From Octopus vulgaris (taxonomy: Eukaryota), in assembly GCA_951406725.2 (NCBI GenBank), contig OX597838.1, positions 26,288,001-26,352,000 of the forward strand: a stretch of 64,000 nucleotides of DNA, read 5' to 3'. Position 1 is the stretch's first letter. Each line of letters starts with the position of its first letter. The notes below the pieces were generated by a model. It saw nothing but the letters and a program-made list of their open reading frames with translations. It had not been told where the DNA came from and did not search any database. Of this stretch, positions 40,082 through 54,365 are shown piece after piece. Both the position numbers and the translations under genes were made by a program.

Positions 40082-40778
40082 TATATATATATATAAACAT
40101 GTGTGTATGTGTGTGTGTGTGTGTGAGTAACTTTGTGTTTGCACTTGTCCGCATCACCACCATCACTACCTCTTGATGACCTGTGCTGGTTTCTCTGTCT
40201 CCGAAACCGAGCGGTTCAGCAAAAGTGAATGATAAAATAAGTACCGAGGTCAGTCTTTTTCGACTAAACTCCTTCAAGGTGATGCCCCAGCATGGCCGCA
40301 GTCCAATGAGTGAAACGACGGAAATTTGAAAGGCAATGGACGAAAAACATTGTTCCTACAGCAAAATTGTTCGAAAATGAAAATGCGCCGCTGTATTTCG
40401 TCACGGAACTTTACGTTTCGAGTTCAAACCCTAACGCCGTCAAAAACGTGTTTTTATCCTTCCGACGTCCATGAAATAAAGTACCAGTTATATACTGCAG
40501 TCCGTTTAATCAACTGTTCCATTTTGCCCTAAATTTCTGGTTTTGTGCCAATGCAGATGAGCAAAACACTGTCGCACATCGTGACAGCACTCCACCAATG
40601 ACCCCGACTAGGAATTGAGGGCCCAAAGCAAGAAACTCAAAAACTGTAGTAAACTTTTGAGTACCATTATAACATTCTCCCTCTAGTCTTCAGTCTCTCA
40701 TTACTTTAATTTACGTACCACTAAGTTCAGATCCCATCAAGATTAATCTCCTTTTTCACCTCTCCAGGGGCCAAGTAC

Positions 40779-40838
<60 letters not shown>

Positions 40839-41060
40839 TGATTATACGCACGCACACACATACACACACGCATATATGTGTATGTGTGGTATGTGTGACT
40901 ATGTATATATATATATGTGTGTGTGTGTACATATATATGTGTGTGCGTGTGTGTGTTTATATATATATATATGTATGTATAATCTTTATTCATACCTTAC
41001 AAATGTCTGGCCAGCCGCCAAAAGCAGAAATAATTATTCGCGGAATGAGCAAAAGAACTC

Positions 41061-41117
<57 letters not shown>

Positions 41118-41145
41118 CAGCAGCAGCAGCAGTAGTTGCAGTAGC

Positions 41146-41199
<54 letters not shown>

Positions 41200-41583
41200 T
41201 ACAGTAGTAGCAGCAGCAGTAGCAGCACTGGTAGTAGTAGTAGTAGTAGCAGCAGCAGTTTGCTGCTGTTGTTATGTTGGTGAAGTAGTGGTTGAGTAGT
41301 TGGTGGTGGTGGTGGTGGTGGTGGCGGCGGCGGCGGTGAAGATGGTGACGGATTGACGGATTTTCAGAAATGAAGAAAATCGGCGAGCAATAGAATATTT
41401 CATGAAAGATACAAGTACACACACACACAGTGCAGACATGGCCGTGTGGTTAAGAAGCTTGCTCATTACACCCACATGGCTCCGAGTTCAGTCATACTGC
41501 ACGGCACCTTGAGCTGTGTATGCTCTTCTATCAGCCCGAACTGATCAATGCATAGGGAGTGAATCCCGTCGCATACACACGCG

Positions 41584-41619
<36 letters not shown>

Positions 41620-41622
<3 letters not shown>

Positions 41623-41800
41623 TTCAGTCATTTGACTGCGGCCATGCTGGAGCACCCACTTATTCTTTGTAAGCCGAGTACTTTATTGGCCTCTTTTGTC
41701 GAACTGCTAGGTTACGGGGACGTAAACACACTAACATCGGTTGTCAAGCGATGGTGAAAGGACAAAATCAGACACACATACGCACACACACACATACACG

Positions 41801-41873
<73 letters not shown>

Positions 41874-42419
41874 GACGGGCTTCTTTCAGTTTCCGTCTAC
41901 CAAAACCACTCATAATGCTTTAGTCGGCTCAAAGCTATAGTAGAAGACACTTGCCCAAGGTTTCACGCAGTGGGACTGAACCTGGAACGACGTGGTTGGA
42001 AAGCAACCTTGTTTACCGCAGAGCTAGAGAGAGTGTGGTGCAGGCGTAGCTCTGTGGGTGGGGGGCGAAGAAATTTGCTTCCTAACCACATGGTCCGGGT
42101 TCAGTTCCACTACATGGCACTTTGGGCAAGTGCGTTGTTAGTGGATTTGGTAGACGGAAACTGAAAGAAGTTCATCATGTGTGTGTGTGTATATATTTGT
42201 GTCTGTATTTGTCCCCACCACCGCCTGAGAACCAGCTTTGGTGTGCTTACGTCCCCGTAACTTAGCGGTTCTGCAAGACAGACCGATAAAATACGTACCA
42301 GGTTTAAACACACAAAAAAAAAAACAAGTGCTGGGGTCGATTCATTCGACTAAAAATTCTTCAAGGTGGTGCCCCAGCATGGCCGCTGTTTAATGACTGA
42401 AACATGTAAAAGATAAAAG

Positions 42420-42420
<1 letters not shown>
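41620..42420. mobile_element. Head-to-head pair of family 1 SINEs (41620-42020 minus, 42040-42420 plus)
   Basis: Opposite orientation of the same body and tail. Confidence 0.8.
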
Positions 42421-42482
<62 letters not shown>

Positions 42483-42531
42483 TAGATAGATAGAAAGACA
42501 AACAGACAGACAGACAAATAGATAGATAGAC

Positions 42532-42580
<49 letters not shown>

Positions 42581-43028
42581 TATAGATGATAGATAGATAG
42601 ATAGATAGATTAGACAAACAGACAGACAGACTGATAGATAGATAGACAGATAGACAAATAGACAAATAGATAGATAGATAGATAGATAGATAGTTACAAA
42701 TGTGAATTATACGTATACGTTAACAAGAAACTTTAAGATACTTCTATGGTCACTAACATCATACCTTCTATTCACCGATTTCACAGGACTAACTTTAAAG
42801 TACTTATAACTTTAATGCACGAAATTTGTGAACCGTACAATTGTCATAACATGTGAAGCTGTTTGTAGCCTTAAAAATGCACTTTTGTCGTATTTTGTGT
42901 GTTAGTGTGGGCGGGCGTGTGTGTTAGTGTATTATATATCATATAATGTACATATTAGGCGTAGGAGTGGCTGTGTGGTAAGCTTGCTTCCCAGCCTCAT
43001 GGTTCCGGGTTCAGTTCCACTATATATA

Positions 43029-43083
<55 letters not shown>

Positions 43084-43237
43084 AGTATATATATATATAT
43101 ACTGTAGCGATTCTGCCGTAAAGAGACCGATAGAATAAGTACTATGCTTACAAAGTCCTGTGGTCGATTTGTTCGACTGAAGGCGGTTCTCCAGCATGGT
43201 CGCAGTCAAATGATTGAAACAAGTGAAAGAATAAAAG

Positions 43238-43269
<32 letters not shown>

Positions 43270-43329
43270 TATATACATATATATGCATATATATATACAT
43301 ACATATATATAGGCATATATGCACGGATT

Positions 43330-43379
43330 TTTGTCAGTGAACAGGTCGCGGATTTTAGCGATGAAAATATTTTGACAAA
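43330..43379 (+). ncRNA. Type-I hammerhead-like motif with G3-C8 core (family D)
   Basis: UUUGUCA GUGAACA G GUCGC-GGAUUUUA-GCGAU GAAA AUAU UU UGACAAA: 7-bp stem I, 5-bp stem II, palindromic AAAAUAUUUU. Confidence 0.65.
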
Positions 43380-43519
43380 TTAAACTTAAATGTTGAAGTG
43401 AATAGAACGGCTTTTGTGTGTTTCTTAAATGGCTTACAAACACCTTCCACGCTGCAATTGTTTTCGTTTCAGCACACGATCCCAGATCAAGTCACTTGCT
43501 ATGCGAGTACATCTCCGTA

Positions 43520-43563
<44 letters not shown>

Positions 43564-43797
43564 TTCATATGTGTGCCTGTGTATATCTTATACATAGCTT
43601 TATGTATAAGATTATGTTCAGATATCAGGTACTGAGGAGTAGATAATGATCGTTGTTCACTTCCGTTGAGTTCTAATGTCTTTACACGTGAAGTATTAAA
43701 ATTAATGATAAATGACGTTCCATATATTTCTGAAATTATATAATAGTCCAAGAGTCATCTTGTCTGTTGTTTCTCTTTTCTTTATATGTGAATGAGC

Positions 43798-44388
43798 GTG
43801 GCGGGATGGCAGAATCGTTAGCATGCTGGGCGAAATGCTTAGCAGAATTTCGTCTGCCGTTACGTTCTGAGTTCAAATTCCGCCGAGGCCGACTTTGCCT
43901 TTCATCCTTTCGGCGTCGATTAAATAAGTACCAGTTACGCACTGGGGTCGATATAATCGACTTAATCCCTTTGTCTGTCCTTGTTTGTCCTCTCTGTGTT
44001 TAGCCCCTTGTGGGTAGTAAAGAAATAGGTATTTCGTCTGCCGATACATTCTGAGTTCAAATTCCGCCGAGGCCGACTTTTGCCTTTCATCCTTTCGGGG
44101 TCGATTAAACAAGTACCAGTTACGCACTGGGGTCGATATAATCGACTTAATCCCTTTGTCTGTCCTTGTTTGTCCTCTCTGTGTTTAGCCCCTTGTGGGT
44201 AGTAAAGAAATAGGTATTTCGTCTGCCGTTACATTCTGAGTTCAAATTCCGCCGAGGTCGACTTTGCCTTTCATCCTTTTGGGGTCGATTAAATAAGTAC
44301 CAGTTACGCACTGAGGGTCGATGTAATCGACTTAATTCCTTTGTTTGTCCCCTTTATGATTAGCCCCCTGTGGGCAATAAAGAAATAA
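43798..44388 (+). repeat. Head-to-tail trimer of SINE family 2 (about 185-bp unit)
   Basis: ATTTCGTCTGCCG recurs at 43847, 44031 and 44216. Confidence 0.9.
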
Positions 44389-44840
44389 TTATATGTCTCA
44401 GCATGAGGTTAAAGACAGCAAGGCCAGTTGTAAAATAATAACAACACACGCACTGATTCAGTATCACTTCTTTATTGTTAATTAGCTGGCTAATTATTTA
44501 TCCAGCTGATTAGTCGATCTTTAGTGCTTCACAATTCGCAACGTTTCCATTTTGAGCTCCTAACATACAGATGTTTGTATGTATATATATGTGCGTGTGT
44601 GTGTGTCTGCACGCGCGTTTGTGTGTGTGTATATGCATGTATATATATATATATACGTGTGGGAGTGGGTGTGTGTATGCAAATATGTGTATGCTTGTAT
44701 ATATTATATATGTATATATGCATGTATATATATGTGTGTGTGTGTATGTATAGGTTTATATCTGTATACATATGCATATAAGTGTATATACGTAACTAAA
44801 TGCATGTACAAATGTATATATAAATATGTGTATGTGTATG

Positions 44841-44902
<62 letters not shown>

Positions 44903-44995
44903 GCGTGTGTGTGTGTGCGTGCGTGCATATGTGTGCGCGTGTATGTGCGTGTGTGTGTAAATATATATACACAAATGTATATATAAATATGTGTG

Positions 44996-45065
<70 letters not shown>

Positions 45066-45376
45066 TGTATGTGTGTATGTGCGTGCATGTGAGTATGTAC
45101 GAAATTTTTTACCCTCGTGCAAAAATGTATTTTTAAAGAAATAACGAAGCGAGAGCAAACTGAATCATCCCAGTCAGAGCTTTCAGCTTTAAGAAATAAA
45201 TTTATAAAAACCAAACCACGTTTATAAAGAAGTTTTCGGGGCCTTTATTTATTTATTTATTTATTTATTTATTTTGCTTTCTTTATTTTTATTTGTTCGT
45301 GTTCGTGGTTTTTCTCAACTTAAAAAGACATTCCCGTAAATACATACGTGCATACGTATATACACTTGTACATAAA

Positions 45377-45423
<47 letters not shown>

Positions 45424-45506
45424 CTATTTACACACTCTCTCTCTCTCATGCACACACATATTTACATATATATATATACATATATATATATATTTACATA
45501 TATACA

Positions 45507-45541
<35 letters not shown>

Positions 45542-45970
45542 GCACACTATCACACTACAAAGACATGCTCACACACACAGACACACTCTTCCACACACAC
45601 ACACTCTTGCACGCACATACACACTCTCGTACACATACACACACTCTCTTGCACACGCACTCTCGCACATACACACACTCTCTCGCATACACAAACACAT
45701 ACATATATATAAATTATATTTACGCACACATTCTCACACACACATACACACTCTCATCGACACACACATGCTCACACTCACACACACATTCTCTCTCTTC
45801 TCTCTGTCTCTCTGTCTCTCTTTTCTCTCTCTTCTCCCACTCACTCTCTCACACACACACACATACACATATATATTTATATATATATATATATATAAAT
45901 ATATCTATATACATATATATATACACACACACTTTCACACACATTCTCCCACTACACACACACACACACA

Positions 45971-46024
<54 letters not shown>

Positions 46025-46469
46025 TTTTTTTATATATTCATATTTATATTTTTATATTAAAGTTTCACTGCTTTAAATTTTAAGTCGCCTTTATAATTTA
46101 ATCCATATATTTTTCCTCATTCGACTTCACAGGTATTGCCCCTTTAGGTTTCATCAGCTTTCATTCCTATATATTTGTATATTCTATCCTACTGGGTTTT
46201 ACCATTGGATGCCCTGTCGTTCTAATATATATTTATGTTCGATTTATGATAATGTGGGAATGTTATAAAATTGTTTTCACCAATTAAAGCGTTTATTCGT
46301 TATACTTTTCAATTTATTTTTCGTTTTCTCTTAGTGTTACCTGAGCTCTTCCATCTGCAGTCCTGTTTTTTTTTTATTCTTCGGTTTAACTAAGTTATAA
46401 AATTATCCTTATATATATAAATACATACATACATACATACATGCATACATACATACATACATACATACA

Positions 46470-46565
<96 letters not shown>

Positions 46566-46605
46566 GGTGCCCTATCATGACCACAGATTTGAGCTGAAAC
46601 TGATG

Positions 46606-46641
<36 letters not shown>

Positions 46642-46915
46642 GTACTTACATCTGTGTGTGTATGTATGTATATATACATATATGCATAAATTTATGTATG
46701 TATGTATATATATATATATCTGCATATATATACACACATATATATATACACATATTTACATATATACATACATATATATACATATATATGTATATATATA
46801 TGTATATATATGTATATATATATATATACATGCATACATATATATATATATATATACATATATGCATTTATATATATGCATATATATATAAACATATATA
46901 TATCTATACATATAT

Positions 46916-46985
<70 letters not shown>

Positions 46986-47057
46986 GTATACATATGCATA
47001 TATACATATATATGTATATATATGCATACATATATATATATATATATTTATAAATAC

Positions 47058-47128
<71 letters not shown>

Positions 47129-47450
47129 TGCCTGGATTTCTAAGCACCTGCGTACATCTGTGCGTGTGAGTGTAAGTGAACAAAGGTATGCACGTTCGTG
47201 TATACCTTATAACATCTCTCTCTCTCTCTCACACCACACACACACACACACGCACACACACACACACGCAAGCACATACACGCAAGCACATACACATTCA
47301 CACATCTACCACAGCCTTGATGTATCCAGTCTTACCTCAAATACACCTTGCAACACATAAGATCGCCTCCTCCGAGCAATTTGCCCAAGAAAGGTGATAG
47401 CTTGTCTGTCTGTGAACATTAGCTATCGTATATCACACATATCATTGTCT

Positions 47451-47514
<64 letters not shown>

Positions 47515-47904
47515 CTAAACCTTACCAATCCATCACCGCCATCACCACTACCACCATCACCATCACCCCTATCGACACCACCACCATCACCAACACCACA
47601 AAGACCACCACCACCACAGCTACCACTACCATCACCATCACCATCATCATCGCAATCAGCTCGTCACCGTTACGTCCTCTACCTCTGGCCACACCCTATA
47701 CTCTAGTCCTTTCTTCCTTTTCGTTTCTGCCATAGTCTCTCTCCCTCTCGTTTTCTCTCATTCTCTCATTCTTTCCCTCTCTCTCTCTCACCATATATGT
47801 GTGTGTGAGTGCGTTTGTGTGTGTGTGTGTACACATGGATATTGATAAAAATTTACATACATTTATATATATATATATATACATACATATACATACATAT
47901 ATAT

Positions 47905-48016
<112 letters not shown>

Positions 48017-48019
48017 TAT

Positions 48020-48388
48020 TTTATTAGTTTCAGTCATTTGACTGTACCCATGCTGGAGCATCGTCTTTAGTGGAACAAATCGACCCCAGAACTTATTCTT
48101 TGTACGCCTTTACACTTATTCTGTCGGAATCTTTTGTCGAACCGCTAAGTTAAGGGGACGTAAACACACCAGCATCGGTTGGCAAGCGATGCTGGCGTGA
48201 CAAACACACACACACACACACACACACACAAATATACGACGGGCTTCTTTCAGTTTCCGTCTACCAAATCCTCTCACAAGGCTTTGGTCGGCCCGAGGGT
48301 ATAGTAGACACTTGCCACTCAGTAGGACTGAACCTGGAACCATGTGGTTGATAAGTAAGCTACTTGCCACACAACCGCACCTGCGCCT
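48020..48388 (-). mobile_element. SINE family 1
   Basis: Tail to head in reverse; abuts a pure (TA)n of about 165 bp. Confidence 0.9.
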
Positions 48389-48401
48389 ATACACACACAC
48401 G

Positions 48402-48571
<170 letters not shown>

Positions 48572-48881
48572 AATTCATAATAGAATATAAAGATAGAAAT
48601 TGTGTTAATGATTTTTATCGGGTAGTCAGCATACTATAAAAATTTGTAGGTAATGTATACATTAAATTAATAATAATAATAATATATATATGTATATAAT
48701 TTCATTAAGGGTGCATGCTTGAAGTGCCGATACCTTAAAAAAACTACCAAAAACTACTAGTTTTTTTTAAGGTCTCACCTGCTGGAGATAGGTCGTTTTC
48801 GCCCTTGCTCCCTTAATATAATTATATACATATGTATATGATTATTAAATTAATATACATGCATAGATAGATAGATAGATC

Positions 48882-48951
<70 letters not shown>

Positions 48952-49043
48952 GGTATATATACATACCTATATATATTTATACAAATACATATATACGTAT
49001 ATACATGCGTATATACATGTACATATAATTTATGCATGCATTC

Positions 49044-49084
<41 letters not shown>

Positions 49085-49232
49085 TCGAAGGCCGTTATAC
49101 GCAATATAGAACCAAAACAGGAAAAATTCAATTGTCACTAATTCTGACTTAGGATACAGGATTGCATGGTAGCATCTACATTGCTAGACATAAGAGTTAA
49201 AAACCCTTACAGCTACAAAAATAGCACATGTC

Positions 49233-49312
<80 letters not shown>

Positions 49313-49388
49313 AACACACACACAAATGAATGGACACATACGCAAAGACACGCACACTGATATAAATAGTGATGTGCGTGTGTATGTG

Positions 49389-49454
<66 letters not shown>

Positions 49455-49535
49455 AGTAACAGAGAGAAAGCTGGTGGAGAGAGAGAGAGATACAGAGACA
49501 GATGTAGTTTATCACTGCTTTATTACCACTTTCTC

Positions 49536-49627
<92 letters not shown>

Positions 49628-49706
49628 ATATTCGATTGCGTGCGTGTGTACGCGATTATGCTCGCACGCAGACACACCTCTATACATATGAATATTACAC
49701 GTGAAC

Positions 49707-49737
<31 letters not shown>

Positions 49738-49759
49738 TGTATGTATTTATGTAAGTATG

Positions 49760-49835
<76 letters not shown>

Positions 49836-49861
49836 AAATATATGTGTTTGTGTGCATGCAT

Positions 49862-49920
49862 GTGTTACCCTGGGTTTTCGCTCATAGGGAGTTTAGCATT
49901 ACGGCGTATCTTCAGACCCA
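49862..49920 (-). ncRNA. Hammerhead-like motif, family C
   Basis: UGGGU CUGAAGA ...GC GAAAA CCCAGGG UA ACACA; stem II decayed. Confidence 0.5.
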
Positions 49921-49925
49921 CCCAC

Positions 49926-50015
<90 letters not shown>

Positions 50016-50044
50016 ATATATATGTATGTGTGTGTGTGTATTTA

Positions 50045-50100
<56 letters not shown>

Positions 50101-50176
50101 CATATCTATAGATAGATAGACAGACAGACATACAGACATGCAGACAGACGGACAGACAGACAGATAGGTAGGTAGG

Positions 50177-50233
<57 letters not shown>

Positions 50234-50235
<2 letters not shown>

Positions 50236-51536
50236 GGCTTGGCTGAAAAGTTCATCAGCTGAGCAAGACTCGCATGTTTCGTCGGGGGTTTTTTTTCGTG
50301 GGCGTTTGGTCTTGATGAAACAAGACCCCTTTCATCGTTTTTTCTGAGCATTTGGTCTTGATGAAACAAGACCCCTTTCGTCGGTTTTTTTTTCTGGGCG
50401 TTTGGTCTTGATGAAACGAGCCCTTTCATCAGTTTTTTTCTAGGTGTTTGGTCTCGATGAAACAAGATCCCTTTCGTCGGTTTTTTCTGGGCGTTTGGTC
50501 TTGATGAAACGAGCCCTTTCATCAGTTTTTTTCTAGGTGTTTGGTCTCGATGAAACAAGATCCCTTTCGTCGGTTTTTTCTGGGCGTTTGGTCTTGATAG
50601 CCTTTAGTTACTTCCTCCACAACTTCGTACAGTATTCTTCATTGATTGTGTGGTCCTTTTGAAGTCTATAAATATAATGCCTTTTGCATCCCCTAAAAAA
50701 CTGATGAAATGACCCTGACCTTCTTTAGAGCTGGTGAGGAGGGGTGTTTCCATTGCATGGTCTTTCTCTGTGTCTCTGGCACAAAGCGATGATCTCCACA
50801 CTCATCCTGGGTTAGGAAACGTTTAAGGAAACCAGCTGGAGCTGCCTCAAACAATGTCAGATTTTTCCGTGATGTGATCAACCTAGTACTCTTTTAATGA
50901 AATGTCAGAAATATGACACCCACCGAGCAGAAACGTTCATCGTGCCAAGTTCATTGTGCAGAATACTCTCAACTCCCTCTGTCAACCACCACCATGTGGT
51001 GAACACGATCAATATTTTCCTCTGTCAACCACCACCATGTGGTGAACACGATCAATATTTTCCTCTGTCAACCACCACCATGTGGTGAACATGATCAATA
51101 TTTTCCTCTGTCAACCACCACCATGTGGTGAACACGATCAATATTTTCCTCCATTGTGGTAGTTTCAGGACATGCTGACCCTAGGTCATATTCAAGACTC
51201 TCCCTTCCTTTTCTAAATTCAGCTGCCCACTTTTACACTGCTGATAAAGCTGGAGCATCATGCCCTAATGTAGCAACCATATCAGCACAAAGACCGTTGG
51301 GGGTAAACCTCTTTTTTCTGCAGGTCTTTGACACCACCACGATGCCAAATTTTGTCCATTTTCGAGAGAGGTCGCTACCAGTTATTTTTGAAGTTTTCTT
51401 TGAACAGTTAGATGTCTGTTTACACGGAGAGATATGCAATTAGTAATGATAGGAGTTGAAATTAGTGCATGCAACATTTCACAGCTCTACTATCACTCCT
51501 TCATAGTCAACCTATGAACTTTTCCGCCTACCGTCA
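50234..51536 (-). mobile_element. Internally deleted mariner element with both TIRs
   Basis: TIRs GGCTTGGCTGAAAAGTTCATCAGCTGA / TCAACCTATGAACTTTTCCGCCTACC. Minus translation [86 protein letters not shown]. Confidence 0.9.
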
Positions 51537-52067
51537 TATATATATACAAACATATATATATAATATAATAATAGTTTAATCATTAAATGATAAATTCAAT
51601 TCAATTTTATCATTTTATACAAACAAATGTCACATCTCGTAAATTACAGCTGTTTCAACACCATTAATAAAAAAGTCTTTCAAGAATAATAAAATATCGT
51701 TTGAAATATAATGAGGTTTCATCAGATAGACATATCTTCTTAAATATCGCACTAAAAATTGCAGGTGAAAACTTTTATAACCGCTAACGGACGCGCGCGC
51801 GCGCACGCACACACACACACACACACACATACGATGTGCTGAACCTACAAACAAACATACAAACATCTAAGGGTATTTTTTTTTTTCCTCTGAAGAGATT
51901 ATGCTCAGAAATATGAGCTTAATATTTAATTAATTTCAATGTGTATAATTGAAACAGCTGTAAAGGATAATGATCGAATTGTTGACAATAAACTCTTATC
52001 AACTTAACAATCTTCATTTTCTTATTCTACTTCCTTTATATGAATATAAACTACAGTTTATCTTTAA

Positions 52068-52449
52068 CTAGCAGTATCGCCCGGCGTTGCTCAGGTTTGT
52101 AAGGGAAATAACTATAAAGCATTTTTAGAGAGTTATAGCCAAAAGATAGCAAAAAGATGGAAAAAAATGATGGTAATTTTTTTTTTAGTTAAAAAAGGTG
52201 GAGTTGCGTCCCCTAGACAGTTTGCGGTTTGTGTTTCTGATTCTCGACCCCATGTCGAATTTATCGATTTTTTTCAGAACTGGGGGAACTTTTCAAAATT
52301 TTCGCTGTGTTAGTTTTGAATTATGACATTGGGCTATGTGTGTGTCAAGTTTCATCAGAATCGGTTGAAAGCCGTGGTCAGGGTGAGGGTACAAGCAAAC
52401 AGACACACAGAAACACGCACAGACAAACTGTCGTTTATATAGAGAGAGA
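52068..52449 (-). mobile_element. Non-autonomous Helitron, second copy
   Basis: 5' TC, 3' hairpin plus CTAG, A|T target; 5' half nearly identical to 27625-27826. Confidence 0.85.
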
Positions 52450-52500
52450 TACGCACCTAATATTTTAAGGAAATCAATTCCCGCCAAAATATTAGGTATT

Positions 52501-52564
52501 GAACCAGTATTTCCTTGGATGACACCGTCCCCTCATGAAGCTAACATAACCTCTAACTGATTCC

Positions 52565-52618
<54 letters not shown>

Positions 52619-52929
52619 TATATATCTGAGACCCCCTGCGGTCATGGCTGACCATGGGATTGCACCTAGAAAGTTACCCTCCCAGGCACAAGTCCGGGCA
52701 ATGTTGTTTATGGAAGACCAGCAGTCGCCCATGCACACCGGCCTCCCCTCTCTACGCATGGCTCATTCATATGACGGGCTTCTTTCAGTTTCCGTCTACC
52801 AAATCCACTCTCAAGGCTTTGGTCGGGCCGAGGCTATAGTTAAGACATTTGCTCAAGGTGTCACGCTGTGGCCCTGAACCCGTAACCTAATAGTTGGGAA
52901 GCAAACTTCTTACTACACATCCATATATG

Positions 52930-53004
<75 letters not shown>

Positions 53005-53199
53005 GTATATATAATATGCATATAAGTATAGGTATATACATACACGTGTATGTATAAAATGCTTTCGACTTTTTTCTATACAAAATGTTTTTGCAGTCCA
53101 ATGGTAATATTTATAGCATTATGTGTACTTCGAGATGCAGTTCCAAAGAAAGAATTATTCTAGACACGCACGCACACACACACACACATACACACACAC

Positions 53200-53277
<78 letters not shown>

Positions 53278-53782
53278 CGTATATTGAGTCCTTCTCCTCT
53301 CGCTTGTATACTGTGGTACACACAGCATTAGTCGGGAACTGTTAAGGCCAGGAGGTAGAATACCTCAGTGAGATTCTTTGCCTAATTTGTAATAGAGAAT
53401 GGCTCAGTAAATCTAGAGAATGACTTGTCACGCCATTGCCAAAGAAGCGTAACACGAAAAGCGCGAAGATATATTTACAATTAGTTTAATTAACAAACCA
53501 AGCAAGATTTTGCCGTGTATATTACTTGCTCAAATAACATCTATAATGATAAAAAAATAATGCTTACGGTGAAAGGTAGGCCGATTTCTATAAACGGAGA
53601 ACACTCGTTTAGCACAGTTGTAACGTTTATATTCTAAAGAATAAATATTTGGTAAAAGCTACACGATACCAAAGCATACTCGCTTTAAAAAGAGTTTTTG
53701 CATGTATGAAATAAAGGTCTGGGAACCAGTATTTCCTTGGATGACACCGTCCCCTCATGAAGCTAACATAACCTCTAACTGA

Positions 53783-53822
<40 letters not shown>

Positions 53823-53973
53823 TATATATCTGAGACCCCCTGTGGTCATGGCTGACCATGGGATTGCACCTAGAAAGTTACCCTCCCAGGCACAAGTCCG
53901 AGCAATGTCATTTATGGAAGGCCAGCAGTCGCCCATGCACACCGGTCTCCCCTCTCCACGCATGGCTCATTCA
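52501..53973. repeat. Local duplication of about 260 bp (52501-52770 and 53723-53973)
   Basis: GAACCAGTATTTCCTTGGATGACACC + (CT)n + family 3 SINE tail ending GGCTCATTCAT in both. Confidence 0.9.
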
Positions 53974-54365
53974 TGAGAAAATATGACACCAACCAACCAA
54001 TACGGGGCTCAAATTTTGGTAAAAGGCCAGCAATTTTGGGTGAAGGGGTAAGTCGATTTGATCGACCCCAGTGCTCAATTGGTTACTTATTTCATCGACT
54101 CTGAAAGAATGAAAGGAAAAGTCGTCCTCGACAAGATTTGAACTCACGACGCAAAGACGGAATAAAAGCTTTTTGCCCGGCATCCTTAACGATTCTGCCA
54201 GCTCGCCGGCTTCCAATTAATCAAGACTATGCAAATTGTTATATGAACATGCAAAAGGCTTTGGAGTTTTTGCTGCTGGAAATTTATCAACTGGTTAAAA
54301 ACAACGGTTGGTGTCATACAAAGGTGTGTTCTTTTACCTAGCCTCTTTAGTGTGTTTCTAAATTA

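Noticed and set aside
44524-47360. YI/HT/CV-repeat ORFs (also 24000-25000, 37250-39200)
   Set aside because: Dinucleotide microsatellites lacking stops
50277-51150. CRISPR-like periodic repeats
   Set aside because: No unique spacers; units are contiguous pieces of a mariner transposase in eukaryotic DNA
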